63,048 nt of DNA from Nanobdellota archaeon (GTDB lineage Archaea > Nanobdellota > Nanobdellia > Pacearchaeales > GW2011-AR1). This document shows, in pieces, positions 36,559 to 46,838 of this stretch. Where the stretch lies: assembly GCA_018817405.1 (NCBI GenBank), contig JAHITZ010000042.1:1-63048 (forward strand), given 5' to 3'. A model generated the notes under the pieces. It had not been told where the DNA came from, searched no databases, and saw only the letters and a program-made list of their open reading frames with translations. The first letter of the stretch is position 1. Every line of letters begins with the position of its first letter. The position numbers were made by a program, and so were the translations under genes.

Positions 36559-36892
36559 AACAGAAAACAGAAGAGATGTGACAGAAAGATTCGAGGAAAA
36601 AGTTGAAGACGGAGATCTAGTCAAAATTTCCTTTAAACCTAACAAAAAAACTGTGATATCCTGCGGAGATCTTAGAAGGTTTTGTCTTGCAGGTTTTGTA
36701 GGGCGTAGCCTTGATATTCCTAGATTGTATTATCTAGGGATGTCTAACAAAAGTTCCCACTTTTATAGATCTGGAAATTTTGTGTTAGATAAAGTTGCTT
36801 TTTTCAAGGAAGGCATATTCCAGAGTGGTGCGCATATTTACGAAATGGATGATTTTCAAATATCGGAAAAATATCGCGGAGGGTCTAAGTAA
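36536..36892 (+). CDS. Hypothetical protein, tandem paralog
   Basis: Shares RxxVxxRF..V.DGD.V.I.F, YYLG.S, F.KEG and M.DF...EKY with the upstream ORF. Confidence 0.65.
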   Translation: MDIKMTDETENRRDVTERFEEKVEDGDLVKISFKPNKKTVISCGDLRRFCLAGFVGRSLDIPRLYYLGMSNKSSHFYRSGNFVLDKVAFFKEGIFQSGAHIYEMDDFQISEKYRGGSK

Positions 36893-36893
36893 A

Positions 36894-37832
36894 ATGATAG
36901 AAATTAGTTTAGAAGGCATTCGTAAAGAGTTTGATGGGCTTCTAGATTCAGAATTAGAGAGGACAATAAAAGAAGCTAATGATGAAAATCACGAGCTAAT
37001 GGATAGCTTTAAAGAAAAAGATCAACAAATAGAGAATAAGTTGGCTAGGATGAATCCGATAACGAGATTTTTCTATAGATTATCTTTGAGTATTCACGAC
37101 ACAGACCCAAATCCCTTTCCTTGGATTCTTATTACCCCTTTTAGTAATTTCAAACAAAGGGTTGCGGAAGGCATACTTAATAGAAGGAATAAAAATGGGA
37201 CAAACAAATATACTGCTAGAGAAAGGCTCGTTGAAAATTTTGAAAAAACAATGGCTTGTTCTGATTGTGAGAATGGTCAAAACGCATTACATGGTGATGA
37301 TCTTTCTGAAGGGAGAGTCCTGACAGCTATACGCCGGTATGTTTGTGGAAATTTAAAGGATATGCAAGAATGTATTCTTCGCGATCAAAAGTTTATTGAT
37401 GAACATAAGCAAAAAACAGCAGAGTATGAAACTCTCAGTGCCCTTAAGGGGTTGGGTGGTTGGTTGGATCGTAAATGTTTTGAAATAGATAATCCTTATT
37501 TTGAGAGTCGTAAACCCCTTATCCCAAAGAGAACGCTAGGAATAGAGAGGTTGAAGGAATTTTATATTTTTCTTCAAGAAATTGAACCTCTTACACTAGT
37601 TGAAAATCCCTTAGAAGCAGTAACTTCAAGGGTTAAAGAGTATCAAGCAGATGCGGACAAAAGAGACGCGAGTTTAAGAATAGATAATCGCCGTATTGAG
37701 TATGCATCGCACCTCGCACAACTCATTCCTTCTATGAAAGGCCAAGAGGAAGAACTTGAGAGGCTCAGGAAAGAAAGATATAACTTAGAGCTTAGTCAAA
37801 TCCAGGGGGGAGCAATTAAGGATCTATTCTAA
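36894..37832 (+). CDS. Hypothetical coiled-coil-rich protein
   Basis: Long ORF; ATG 36894 lies directly after the previous stop. Confidence 0.7.
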   Translation: MIEISLEGIRKEFDGLLDSELERTIKEANDENHELMDSFKEKDQQIENKLARMNPITRFFYRLSLSIHDTDPNPFPWILITPFSNFKQRVAEGILNRRNKNGTNKYTARERLVENFEKTMACSDCENGQNALHGDDLSEGRVLTAIRRYVCGNLKDMQECILRDQKFIDEHKQKTAEYETLSALKGLGGWLDRKCFEIDNPYFESRKPLIPKRTLGIERLKEFYIFLQEIEPLTLVENPLEAVTSRVKEYQADADKRDASLRIDNRRIEYASHLAQLIPSMKGQEEELERLRKERYNLELSQIQGGAIKDLF

Positions 37833-38025
37833 TTTTTCTTATTTAGCCAGGCTAAACAATCTCTCAACTTTATTCGTTTTCTTGCCTTGTCTTTCCTTAA
37901 CAAGCTCGTTACGTTTCATAAACTCTAAGGCCTCGATTGTTGCCTCTAAGGAAGTTTTTATGGAAACTCTCGAGGTGTGGAGTATATATCCAAAAGCTTA
38001 AAACCCTCTATTTTCTGTTTCTCTG

Positions 38026-38433
38026 ATGGAAAACTTGCAAGAAAACCAAGAGCTATTGCAAAGAGCAATCATGCTTAGACAGCAATCCGAGGAAATTGAG
38101 AAACAACTTGATTTTGTTAATGAGCAGATTAAAGAACTTGAGCAGTTTAGTGGAAGCTTGGGGGTTTTGGAAAAAGAGAAAGAAGAAGAGGTTCTTACTA
38201 ATATTGGGCGTGGTGTACATATGAAAGTAGAAAGGAAAGAAAATGAAAAGTTATTTGTTGAAGTTGGTGCTGGAGTTTTAGTTAGGAAAACTCCTGAAGA
38301 GGCGAGAAAAGTGATTAAAGAACAAGTGAAGAAGTTTCAGGAAGCGAAGTTGCAATTGACTGCGCAATTGCACATACATGCAGAGCAATTCAGGGAAATG
38401 ATGAAAGAGGTTGAGAAGATTAAGAGAGATTAA
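38026..38433 (+). CDS. pfdA: Prefoldin alpha subunit
   Basis: EVLTNIGRGVHMK and LFVEVGAGVLVRKT double beta-hairpin between coiled coils. Confidence 0.92.
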   Translation: MENLQENQELLQRAIMLRQQSEEIEKQLDFVNEQIKELEQFSGSLGVLEKEKEEEVLTNIGRGVHMKVERKENEKLFVEVGAGVLVRKTPEEARKVIKEQVKKFQEAKLQLTAQLHIHAEQFREMMKEVEKIKRD

Positions 38434-38909
38434 TCTTCTTTCAAAACTACGATGTTTGTCATTCCACGGCGTTTTCTTTCTACGAGGCCTTGGCCTTCTA
38501 AGCGGTCTATGACTCTGGTCATCTTTGCCTTACCGAAACCGAGTTTGTCTATGAGGTCTGATTGGAAGATTGCTTTTGTTTCTTGAATTAATTTGAAAAC
38601 TTGTTTTTCTTCTGGCTTTAGACTAGAGATATCTATTTTCTTTTTTTTGGGATGCACTTTGCGCAGGATTATTCTTTCTTTTGGTTTCGAAGAGATTAGA
38701 ATTCCTGCAATTATGATTAGGACTGCGACTATCCCTAGAGAGAGATACGTTTGTTGCTCTATTGTTTTGTTCATCTCGCAGGTTGGTCCGTGGACTGGGC
38801 CGCATTGGCCTATGACTATTTCTTTCATCGCGTTGTTAAATAGAAAGATAATGAAGATTATGATTATTGATATCCCTAGGAGCAAGTAGCCAACTTTCTT
38901 GTTTTCCAT
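38430..38909 (-). CDS. Membrane-anchored winged-helix protein (COG2512-like)
   Basis: Two TMs plus IFQSDL...KAKMTRVIDRLEGQGLVERKRRGMTN; divergent from the copper operon. Confidence 0.88.
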   Translation of the reverse strand: MENKKVGYLLLGISIIIIFIIFLFNNAMKEIVIGQCGPVHGPTCEMNKTIEQQTYLSLGIVAVLIIIAGILISSKPKERIILRKVHPKKKKIDISSLKPEEKQVFKLIQETKAIFQSDLIDKLGFGKAKMTRVIDRLEGQGLVERKRRGMTNIVVLKED

Positions 38910-39007
38910 TTTTATTTTTAGGTGAATTAGTTTAAGAAGTTATTGTTTTCACGGTGTGAAACTAGTTTCACAAAAGCGCTTAAATAAAATAGGTTTCTGG
39001 AAATGGC

Positions 39008-39799
39008 ATGACAAACAAAAAAACCGAAGACTTGCCGGCGTGTTGCCAACCGAAGAAAGATAAGGAAGGCAATATCAAGCAAGGACTTATTTATGGTTTG
39101 ATTCCCCATATTGGGTGCATTGCATTTATTATAGGAAGTGTTTTAGGTGTTACAGTTTTAATGCAGTTTTTCAAACCTATTTTGATGAATAGATATTTCT
39201 TTCATGCACTAATGGGAGTATCTATTGGTTTTGCTACACTTTCTTCTGTGATATATTTGAAGAAACATAAGCTGTTAAACAAAGAAGGTATAAAGAAAAA
39301 GAAGAGTTATCTATTTGGAATGTATGGTTCTACTATAGGAATAAATCTTGTTTTGTTTTTGGTGATTTTTCCGATGTTAGCAAATGTTGGTGCGACTGGA
39401 AATGCTATTGCTAATTTAGATTATGGTGGTTTGCCTTTGATGGAACTGAGTGTTGATATTCCGTGCCCGGGTCATGCGCCATTAATAACAAGTGAGTTAA
39501 AAACTATTCAAGGTGTTGAAGATGTGAGGTTTAATTTCCCTAATGATTTGGAAGTTTTGTTTGATCCTGACTTGACTTCGAAAGAGGATATTTTGGCTCT
39601 GGAGGTTTTTGAGGAATATCCGGCCACTGTTACGAGAGAACCTACAACTCTTGGCGAGAGTTCTGGTGGGGTTGGAGATGGCGGCGTGAAGCAGGTGCAG
39701 CCACTTGCAGCTGGTTCTAGCGGAGGCTCTTGTGGAAGTCCAACTTGTGGGGGTGGCAGTAGCTGCGGTGGTGGATGCGGCGGAGGTTGCGGAGGTTAA
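39008..39799 (+). CDS. Membrane protein with an HMA-like domain and a Cys/Gly-rich tail
   Basis: PACC, IPHIGC, 3 TMs, IPCPGHA HMA-like motif, tail GGSCGSPTCGGGSSCGGGCGGGCGG. Confidence 0.8.
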   Translation: MTNKKTEDLPACCQPKKDKEGNIKQGLIYGLIPHIGCIAFIIGSVLGVTVLMQFFKPILMNRYFFHALMGVSIGFATLSSVIYLKKHKLLNKEGIKKKKSYLFGMYGSTIGINLVLFLVIFPMLANVGATGNAIANLDYGGLPLMELSVDIPCPGHAPLITSELKTIQGVEDVRFNFPNDLEVLFDPDLTSKEDILALEVFEEYPATVTREPTTLGESSGGVGDGGVKQVQPLAAGSSGGSCGSPTCGGGSSCGGGCGGGCGG

Positions 39800-39800
39800 G

Positions 39801-40259
39801 ATGAAAGTGAAGAAAACATATTTTTGGGGAGTATTGGTTTTGATTGTTTTAGGATTTTTCATATTTGGAAGGGGTGCGATTACAGGAAATGTGGTTGGCA
39901 CTGCTTCTGCTAATGAATTAAGTATTCCGCTGTCAGAAATATCAGCAGAAGCGAAGTGGTACGAGTCTGACATTGAGGGGACAAGAGTTAGGTACTTTGT
40001 TGTTAAGTCAAGCGATGGAACAATTAAGACTGCTTTTGATGCGTGCGACGTTTGCTATGGTTCGCGCAAGGGCTATAGACAGGAAGGGAATATGATGATT
40101 TGCAATAATTGTGGGAATAAGTATCCTATAACTGGGTTGGGAACTGAGAATAAAGCAGGCGGGGGATGTTGGCCAGGTTATTTACCAAGTAAGATTGTTG
40201 GGGATAACTTAGTTATCAAGAGTTCTGATATAGCGAAAGGTAAATATAGGTTTGAATAG
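39801..40259 (+). CDS. DUF2318 membrane iron-sulfur protein (FtrD-like)
   Basis: AFDACDVC...GYRQEG..MICNNCG...GGCWP. Confidence 0.88.
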   Translation: MKVKKTYFWGVLVLIVLGFFIFGRGAITGNVVGTASANELSIPLSEISAEAKWYESDIEGTRVRYFVVKSSDGTIKTAFDACDVCYGSRKGYRQEGNMMICNNCGNKYPITGLGTENKAGGGCWPGYLPSKIVGDNLVIKSSDIAKGKYRFE

Positions 40260-40297
40260 CAAAAGGTTTAAATAGCACATATGTATCCTATTATCAT

Positions 40298-40669
40298 ATG
40301 ATAAACAAAAGCATATTAAAATCATGCCATAGCGAAGGTTACACAAACGAAGAACTTTACGCGGCGTACAAAATATTTTTTGGCACGTTAGTAAGCGAGC
40401 CAAGGCTGAAAATTATTAATCTTTTAAGGAAAGGAAAGAAGAATGTTTCAGAGATTGTCGAAGAATTTGGAATGGATCAAACTGCTGTTAGCCATAATCT
40501 GGCAAGGCTGCGAGAGTGTGGTTTTATTACCCTAGAGACAGAAGGAAAATATAGATACTACGCATTGAATGGGAAGACCATCAAACCCTTAATGGAAATA
40601 ATTGAAAAGCATATGGCGGGAAATTGCATTCATATTTTAAGGTCTCAAAAAAGCAAGGAGGAAAAATGA
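40298..40669 (+). CDS. ArsR/SmtB family metal-responsive repressor
   Basis: RLKIINLL...NVSEI...QTAVSHNLARLRECGFI...GKYRYY. Confidence 0.92.
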   Translation: MINKSILKSCHSEGYTNEELYAAYKIFFGTLVSEPRLKIINLLRKGKKNVSEIVEEFGMDQTAVSHNLARLRECGFITLETEGKYRYYALNGKTIKPLMEIIEKHMAGNCIHILRSQKSKEEK

Positions 40670-41031
40670 AAGAGAAGAAATGTCCAATATGTTATGAAAA
40701 AGTGTATTCTGGAGTTGGGAAAGGATGCAAGATGTGTGGCATGGTATTGGAAGATAAGAGCAGAGATTTTTGTTCTAGACAGTGCAGAGTTAAGTATGAC
40801 AAGATAAAGTTTGGAAAGCCATTAGCAATGGTATTTGTTCTGATTAGTTTAATGGGTCTGGTTTCTGCTGATGTAGGTGATGGAGATTATGGCTGCGGCA
40901 TGATGTCCTGGTTTTATGGAGGGATGTCTGGAATAGGTTTTTTTGGTTGGATAATTCAAATTTTGATAATTGTTGCATTGGTTTTGTTTATTGTTTGGCT
41001 TGTTAAAAAAATTCAGAGAGGTAAGAAGTAA
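40666..41031 (+). CDS. Cys-rich (TRASH-like) domain fused to a small membrane protein
   Basis: CPIC, CKMC, FCSRQC, then GCGMM and a TM; GGAGG RBS. Confidence 0.75.
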   Translation: MKEKKCPICYEKVYSGVGKGCKMCGMVLEDKSRDFCSRQCRVKYDKIKFGKPLAMVFVLISLMGLVSADVGDGDYGCGMMSWFYGGMSGIGFFGWIIQILIIVALVLFIVWLVKKIQRGKK

Positions 41032-41426
41032 TGGGATACGGATTTAGCAGGAAAGTTGACTTGGAATTTACAGAGGCAGTTGAAAATGTGAAGGCTGCGT
41101 TGAAGAAAGAGGGATTTGGTGTTTTGACTGAGATAAATGTGAAAGAAACCCTGAAGAAGAAGTTGGATGTCGACTACGACAATTATCTAATCCTGGGGGC
41201 TTGCAATCCTCCCCTTGCTCATAAGGCTTTAGAATCAGAAAAGAATATCGGATTATTGCTGCCGTGCAACGTGATTGTTTATTCTCAAAACGGAGAGACA
41301 ATTGTTTCAGCGGTGAATCCAATGGAGGCTATGTCAATGGTTAAAAATGAAAAGCTCCAATGCGTTGCTAAAGAAGTTAGTGAGAAATTAAAGAGAGTTG
41401 TTGATAATTTGGGAGGTAAGAAATGA
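41031..41426 (+). CDS. DUF302 domain protein
   Basis: GFGVLTEINV, YLILGACNP and IGLLLPCNVIV. Confidence 0.93.
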   Translation: MGYGFSRKVDLEFTEAVENVKAALKKEGFGVLTEINVKETLKKKLDVDYDNYLILGACNPPLAHKALESEKNIGLLLPCNVIVYSQNGETIVSAVNPMEAMSMVKNEKLQCVAKEVSEKLKRVVDNLGGKK

Positions 41427-41641
41427 AAAAACTAAAGCTGACAATTGAAGGGATGCATTGTGCTTCTTGTGCTTCGAATGTTGAGAAAAGTTTGAAGAAA
41501 GTTAAAGGCGTTAAGGAAGTAACTGTGAGTGTGATGACTCATAAGGGTTTTGTTGAGGCTGATGATTCTACTAGCGAAGAGGAAATGAAAAATGCGGTTT
41601 CTAGAGCGGGGTTTAAAGTTGTTGAAGTACGGGTGGAATAA
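41423..41641 (+). CDS. copZ: Copper chaperone (HMA domain)
   Basis: IEGMHCASC motif. Confidence 0.93.
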   Translation: MKKLKLTIEGMHCASCASNVEKSLKKVKGVKEVTVSVMTHKGFVEADDSTSEEEMKNAVSRAGFKVVEVRVE

Positions 41642-41642
41642 A

Positions 41643-43583
41643 ATGGCTGAGGAAAAATCTATTGAAGAGAGAGAAATAGCGAGTTGGAAGAGAAAGTTGA
41701 TTGGTTCGTGGGTTTTGACTGTGCCGATTATGTTGATTATGTATTCTGGAATGGTTTTTGGCTTGTCTTTGGTTCCAATGAAATGGATGCCGATTGTTTT
41801 GCTTGTTCTTGCGTTTCCAGTCATTTTTATTTTTGGCTGGCAAACTATTAAGGCAGGAATGCGTGGGCTTGTGACGTTTTACTTTAACATGGATTCGTTG
41901 ATTGCTTTGGGAACTGTAATTGCATATATTACAGGGTTTTTGCATTTCTTTGGTTTGACACAGGATTATTCTGGAGTTAGTTCAATGATTATGTCTATTT
42001 TTGTTACAGGGAAATATATTGAATCGCGAGCGCGGGGCAGGGCCTCAAGTGAGATCAGAAAGCTTTTGGAATTGGGGGCGAAGAAGGCGCGAGTTTTGCG
42101 TGGAAAAGAGGAGATTGAGATTCCTATTTCTGATGTGAAGGTTGGGGATGTTATGATTGTGAAACCTGGGGAGAAAATTCCGACTGATGGAGTTGTTGTT
42201 AGGGAGGAGAGTTCAGTGGATGAGAGCATGGTTACTGGAGAGAGTCTGCCTGTTGATAAAACCAAGGGGGGCAATGTGATTGGAGCGACTGTTAATCAGG
42301 ATGGTGTTTTGTATATTAAGGCGACAAAAGTTGGAAAAGATACGTTTTTGGCGAATATTATCAAGTTAGTTGAGGAGGCTCAAGGGACAAAGGTTCCGAT
42401 TCAGAAAGTGGCTGATAAGATTACGAGTGTTTTTGTTCCGATAATTTTGATGCTGGCTGTTTTGACGTTTGTTAATTGGATGATATTTACGCAGGATGTT
42501 AGTAGGTCGATTGGGGTTGCGATTGCAGTTTTGGTTATTGCGTGTCCGTGTTCATTGGGATTGGCAACGCCGATTGCGCTGATGGTTGGTTCTGGCATGG
42601 GCGCTAAACGAGGGATATTGATTAGGAAAGGTGAAGCGATTCAGACTATGAAGGAAGTTAAGACAATTGTGTTTGACAAAACAGGCACGATAACAAAAGG
42701 AAAACCAGAGGTTGTGGATGTTTATACTGTTGGGAAAATTAAGAAGGATTATTTGTTGGAAACTGCGGCGAGTTTGGAGAAGTTGTCTGAACATCCAATT
42801 GCGCGGGCGATTGTTTCATTTGTTGATGGGAAGAAACTGAAAGAAGTAAAGAAGTTTAAGATTTTACGTGGTCGCGGGTTACAGGGAGAAATTGGTAAGA
42901 AAAAAATAGTTATTGGTAATCAGACATTGATGAAGGAACAGAAGATTTTAGTTAAGGGTATTGAGGCGAAGATAGGAGAGTTTGAGGAGGATGGTAAAAC
43001 AACCATAATTGTTTCTGAAAATGGAAAGGTGATCGGTGCGATTGCTGTTGCTGATGCTGTTAAAGAGGACTCTCTTGAGGCTGTTAAGAAATTGAATGAT
43101 TCTGGTTATAAGACGGTGATGATCACAGGGGATAATGAAAGAACGGCTTTGGCAATTGCAAAGCAAGTTGGTATTAAATATACCATTGCGAATGTTCTGC
43201 CAGGGGATAAGGCTAAGAAAGTTGAGGAATTGCAAAAGAGTGGAATGGTTGCGTTTGTGGGGGATGGAATTAATGATGCGCCTGCGTTGAAGCAAGCTAA
43301 TGTTGGGATTGCGATGGGCACGGGCACAGACATTGCAATTGAGGCAGGAGATATTGTTTTAGCTAAAGGTTCTTTGATGGGTGTTGTGCAAGCGATTAAC
43401 TTGTCGCGTGCGACTTTTGGGAAGATTAAGCAGAATTTGTTCTGGGTGTTTGCTTATAATGTAGTTGCGATTCCGTTGGCTGTTGCGGGTTTGTTGCATC
43501 CGGTGATTGCGGAGATTGCTATGGCTGCATCGAGTATTACTGTTGTGGGGAATGCTAATTTGTTGCGGAGAAGGAAGATCTAA
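41643..43583 (+). CDS. copA: Copper-translocating P1B-type ATPase lacking an N-terminal HMA domain
   Basis: [26 protein letters not shown] and MAASS motifs. Confidence 0.96.
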   Translation: MAEEKSIEEREIASWKRKLIGSWVLTVPIMLIMYSGMVFGLSLVPMKWMPIVLLVLAFPVIFIFGWQTIKAGMRGLVTFYFNMDSLIALGTVIAYITGFLHFFGLTQDYSGVSSMIMSIFVTGKYIESRARGRASSEIRKLLELGAKKARVLRGKEEIEIPISDVKVGDVMIVKPGEKIPTDGVVVREESSVDESMVTGESLPVDKTKGGNVIGATVNQDGVLYIKATKVGKDTFLANIIKLVEEAQGTKVPIQKVADKITSVFVPIILMLAVLTFVNWMIFTQDVSRSIGVAIAVLVIACPCSLGLATPIALMVGSGMGAKRGILIRKGEAIQTMKEVKTIVFDKTGTITKGKPEVVDVYTVGKIKKDYLLETAASLEKLSEHPIARAIVSFVDGKKLKEVKKFKILRGRGLQGEIGKKKIVIGNQTLMKEQKILVKGIEAKIGEFEEDGKTTIIVSENGKVIGAIAVADAVKEDSLEAVKKLNDSGYKTVMITGDNERTALAIAKQVGIKYTIANVLPGDKAKKVEELQKSGMVAFVGDGINDAPALKQANVGIAMGTGTDIAIEAGDIVLAKGSLMGVVQAINLSRATFGKIKQNLFWVFAYNVVAIPLAVAGLLHPVIAEIAMAASSITVVGNANLLRRRKI

Positions 43584-43628
43584 TTTCCCATTAGATAAAT
43601 TTAAAAGCAGTTTATTATTGGAGTGGGA

Positions 43629-43721
43629 ATGGGAAAGGCAAAAAAACAATCTATAAAGATGGCTAAGAGAAGGTCGAGACGGAATAGGAAGAGGAATATT
43701 AATCTAAAGAGAAGGGGTTGA
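43629..43721 (+). CDS. Very basic 30-aa microprotein (MGKAKKQSIKMAKRRSRRNRKRNINLKRRG)
   Basis: Not in the ORF track; TTTAAAA box ~25 nt upstream, T-rich tract after the stop. Confidence 0.5.
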   Translation: MGKAKKQSIKMAKRRSRRNRKRNINLKRRG

Positions 43722-43822
43722 TTTTTGTCTAGATTTTAAATTGTCTCCCTGTTCAAGAGATAACACCAAAACCCAAGGTTTTTATAATTCTTTGACTGTC
43801 TTATTTATGAAAGAGAGGTAAT

Positions 43823-45727
43823 ATGGCTGAAGTAGAGCAACTTATAAATGTAGCGCATGTTCTAAAACGAGACGTAGCTGAAATGACGACGGCTGCTGGC
43901 TCGGGGCATCCGAGTTCGTGTTTTTCGTGTGCTGAGATAATGGCTGCGCTGTTTTTCCATGAGATGAAATATAATCCTAAGGATCCAAACAATTTAGATA
44001 ATGATGAGTTTATTTTGAGCAAGGGTCACGCTGCTCCGATATTATATTCTTCTTTGTTTAGGGCGGGATGTATTAAGGATGATTTGAAAAAACTGAGGAA
44101 GTTGACCAGTAATTTGGAAGGGCACCCGATGCCTACAAGCTCTTTTAGAAAAAGACCTTCTAGGAGTTCAGAAAACTACAATAGGAGTTCCCAGAACTCA
44201 AACCCCCATCGCGGACTTAAGTGGGTGAAGGTTGCGACTGGGTCGCTCGGGCAGGGTGCTTCGATTGGGATTGGCATGGCTTTGGCTGCGAAACTACATG
44301 GCAGAAAATATCGGACGTATGTTTTAATGGGGGACAGTGAGATGGCTGAAGGAAGCGTGTATGAGGCTTTGCAGTTGGCGCCGTATTATAATTTGAATAA
44401 CCTGTGTATTATTATTGATGCTAATAGGCTGGGGCAGAGCGGCGAGACAATGGTGGGGCATGATATACAAAGATATGTTGATGGGATTAAGACGTTTAAG
44501 TGGCATGCGATTGCAGTTGATGGGCATGATATTGGGCAATTGATTGGGGCGTTTGGTGTGGCGCGGAAAGTGGCGATGCCGACTGCGATTATTGCGAAGA
44601 CTAAGAAGGGCAATGGCGTGAGTTTTATGGAGAACAAAGAGGATTGGCACGGGAAGGCTATGAATTCTGAAGAATTGAAAAAAGCGTTGAAGGAAATCCC
44701 TAATGTTAAGATGCCTAAAATTAAAATTGAGAGTCCGAAGGAGATTGAGGTTTCTAAAAACAAAAAGAGTAGGGTTAAGACCAGTCAGTATGAGCTTGGA
44801 GGCTTTGTTTCAACTAGGATGGCTTATGGGAAAGCGCTTGCTAATTTAGCTGTGTCAGATCCGAATGTGATTGTTGTTGATGCAGAGGTTAGTAATTCAA
44901 CGCACTCTGGTGAGGTTAGGAAAGTAAGGCCTGGGCAGTTTATCGAAGCGTTTATTGCGGAACAGGATATGGTTAGTATTTGTCTTGGCCTCAGTAAAAA
45001 AGGATTTAATGTTTTTGGCTCGACGTTTGCTGCTTTTCTTTCTAGGGCGCATGACCAAATAAAGATGAGTGCTTTGTCTTCTGGCGATTTTACAATTTGC
45101 GGTTCGCATGCTGGCGTTTCGATTGGGGAAGACGGAGCATCACAAATGGGCTTGGAAGACATAGCTATGTTTAGAGCGCTGCCTGAGAGCATTGTTTTGT
45201 ATCCTTCAGACGGGATTTCTACTGAGAAGATTGTATATTTGGCAGCGAAGACGAAAGGCTTGAAATACATTAGAACGACTCGTGGGAAGACCCCTGTTGT
45301 TTACAATGAAAAAGAAGAGTTTAAGGTTGGAGACTTTAAAGTTCTAAAACAGGGTAAGAAGGACAAGGTTGTTTTGGTTGGTGCAGGAATCACGCTGCAT
45401 GAGTGTTTGCAAGCTCATGAAGCGTTGAAGAAAAAGAGAATTAATAGCGCGGTTGTTGATTTGTATTGTGTGAAGCCTTTTGATTCTAAGAAATTTATTG
45501 ATTTTGTGAAGAAGCATGGGAAAAAAGTTGTTGTTTCTGAAGACCATTATGAAGAGGGAGGAATCGGTGAGATGCTTGCAGAGGAATTGGAAAATACTGG
45601 AATTGAGATTTCACATTTGGCTGTTAGGGAAATTCCACATTCTGGCAAAAGCAAGGAGTTGTTAGAGAAATATGGGGTTGATAAGAAGGCTATTGTTAAA
45701 GCTGCGAAGAAATTGTGTGTTATCTGA
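43823..45727 (+). CDS. tkt: Transketolase (full length) with a ~25-aa insertion
   Basis: SGHPSS, LSKGHAAP, ATGSLGQG, GDSEMAEG, IAEQ and GEDGASQ motifs. Confidence 0.96.
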   Translation: MAEVEQLINVAHVLKRDVAEMTTAAGSGHPSSCFSCAEIMAALFFHEMKYNPKDPNNLDNDEFILSKGHAAPILYSSLFRAGCIKDDLKKLRKLTSNLEGHPMPTSSFRKRPSRSSENYNRSSQNSNPHRGLKWVKVATGSLGQGASIGIGMALAAKLHGRKYRTYVLMGDSEMAEGSVYEALQLAPYYNLNNLCIIIDANRLGQSGETMVGHDIQRYVDGIKTFKWHAIAVDGHDIGQLIGAFGVARKVAMPTAIIAKTKKGNGVSFMENKEDWHGKAMNSEELKKALKEIPNVKMPKIKIESPKEIEVSKNKKSRVKTSQYELGGFVSTRMAYGKALANLAVSDPNVIVVDAEVSNSTHSGEVRKVRPGQFIEAFIAEQDMVSICLGLSKKGFNVFGSTFAAFLSRAHDQIKMSALSSGDFTICGSHAGVSIGEDGASQMGLEDIAMFRALPESIVLYPSDGISTEKIVYLAAKTKGLKYIRTTRGKTPVVYNEKEEFKVGDFKVLKQGKKDKVVLVGAGITLHECLQAHEALKKKRINSAVVDLYCVKPFDSKKFIDFVKKHGKKVVVSEDHYEEGGIGEMLAEELENTGIEISHLAVREIPHSGKSKELLEKYGVDKKAIVKAAKKLCVI

Positions 45728-45840
45728 TTAATTATGTCTGGAAATGATTGTTGTAATGTTTGGTTAGAGCGTTTGATTTACATTGTTCGCTTGTTTTTAA
45801 AAATGAGAAAGTTTAAAAAAAAGGTTTTTCTTGTAGGGAT

Positions 45841-46725
45841 ATGAAAAAGAGTGTTATTGGTCTTGTGGTACTGGTGTTTGTTTTGTTTTTTAATGTTGGT
45901 TTTGCAAGTGCTAAGCAATGCGGTTTAAATATTTCGGTGGTCAATCAAGATCCTTATCCTGCTGTTCCAGGAGGATATGTTAAGGTTGTGTTTCAGATGA
46001 ATGGTGTTGATAACCCTGAGTGTGGAGAAGTTGGTTTTGAGATAGTAGAAAATTTTCCTTTTTCTTTGGACGAAGGAGAACCAGCGCGTGTTGATATAGG
46101 CAGTGGGACTCATATAAGAAACTTTAGGTCTTTTTGGCTTATACCTTATGAATTAAGGATACATGAAAATGCACTTGACGGAAACAACCCTGTTGATGTT
46201 GTAGTTTATCATGACCAAGGGAGGACTAAAAGTTTATCTAAAATAGAACAATTCGATATAAATATTGAAACTGCTGATGTGGATTTTGAGATTTCTATAA
46301 AAGAGTATGAAACCAGCACGAACACCATAACTTTTGAGATACTTAATGTTGGCGAGAATGACGTTGAGGCTTTAACTTTGGAAATCCCCAAGCAAGACAA
46401 CATAGCGGTCAAGGGAAGCAACAGAAATATCATAGGAGACCTGGATTCAAATGAGGACACAACTGCGAAATTTGAAGCAATACCTCAGAATGGAGAGATA
46501 GAGGTAAGCATAATCTATACTAATAAAATTGACGAACGAAGAATGCTGACAAAGAGGGTTGTTTATGACTCTTCTTACTTCACAGACAGGAAGGCGGAGG
46601 AGATTAAGCCTAAATCCGCGTACTTTTATTTGTTCTGGGTTTTTGTGGTTTTATGGGTGGTTTTGTGGTTTAGGAAAAGATGGAAGAGGAAGAAGTTGAA
46701 GGAGAGGGAGAGGAGAAGGAAGTAA
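45841..46725 (+). CDS. COG1361-like S-layer-domain surface protein
   Basis: Signal peptide, NQDPYPAVPG, IIGDLDSNE, C-terminal TM plus Arg/Lys tail. Confidence 0.82.
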   Translation: MKKSVIGLVVLVFVLFFNVGFASAKQCGLNISVVNQDPYPAVPGGYVKVVFQMNGVDNPECGEVGFEIVENFPFSLDEGEPARVDIGSGTHIRNFRSFWLIPYELRIHENALDGNNPVDVVVYHDQGRTKSLSKIEQFDINIETADVDFEISIKEYETSTNTITFEILNVGENDVEALTLEIPKQDNIAVKGSNRNIIGDLDSNEDTTAKFEAIPQNGEIEVSIIYTNKIDERRMLTKRVVYDSSYFTDRKAEEIKPKSAYFYLFWVFVVLWVVLWFRKRWKRKKLKERERRRK

Positions 46726-46838
46726 TTATTGTTTTTCTTTGAAATACCCCACAACATATTGAAGTTGGCCATAAATCCCCGATATATCTTTTGTTGTTTA
46801 TCATTCGAGCAATTGACCTCTCGGAGAAAACAGAATCA

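Noticed and set aside
44127-44213. Bulge-helix-bulge mRNA intron in transketolase
   Set aside because: GATG/CATC could be a central helix, but the flanking pairs are poor and canonical cleavage would remove 79 nt and break the frame
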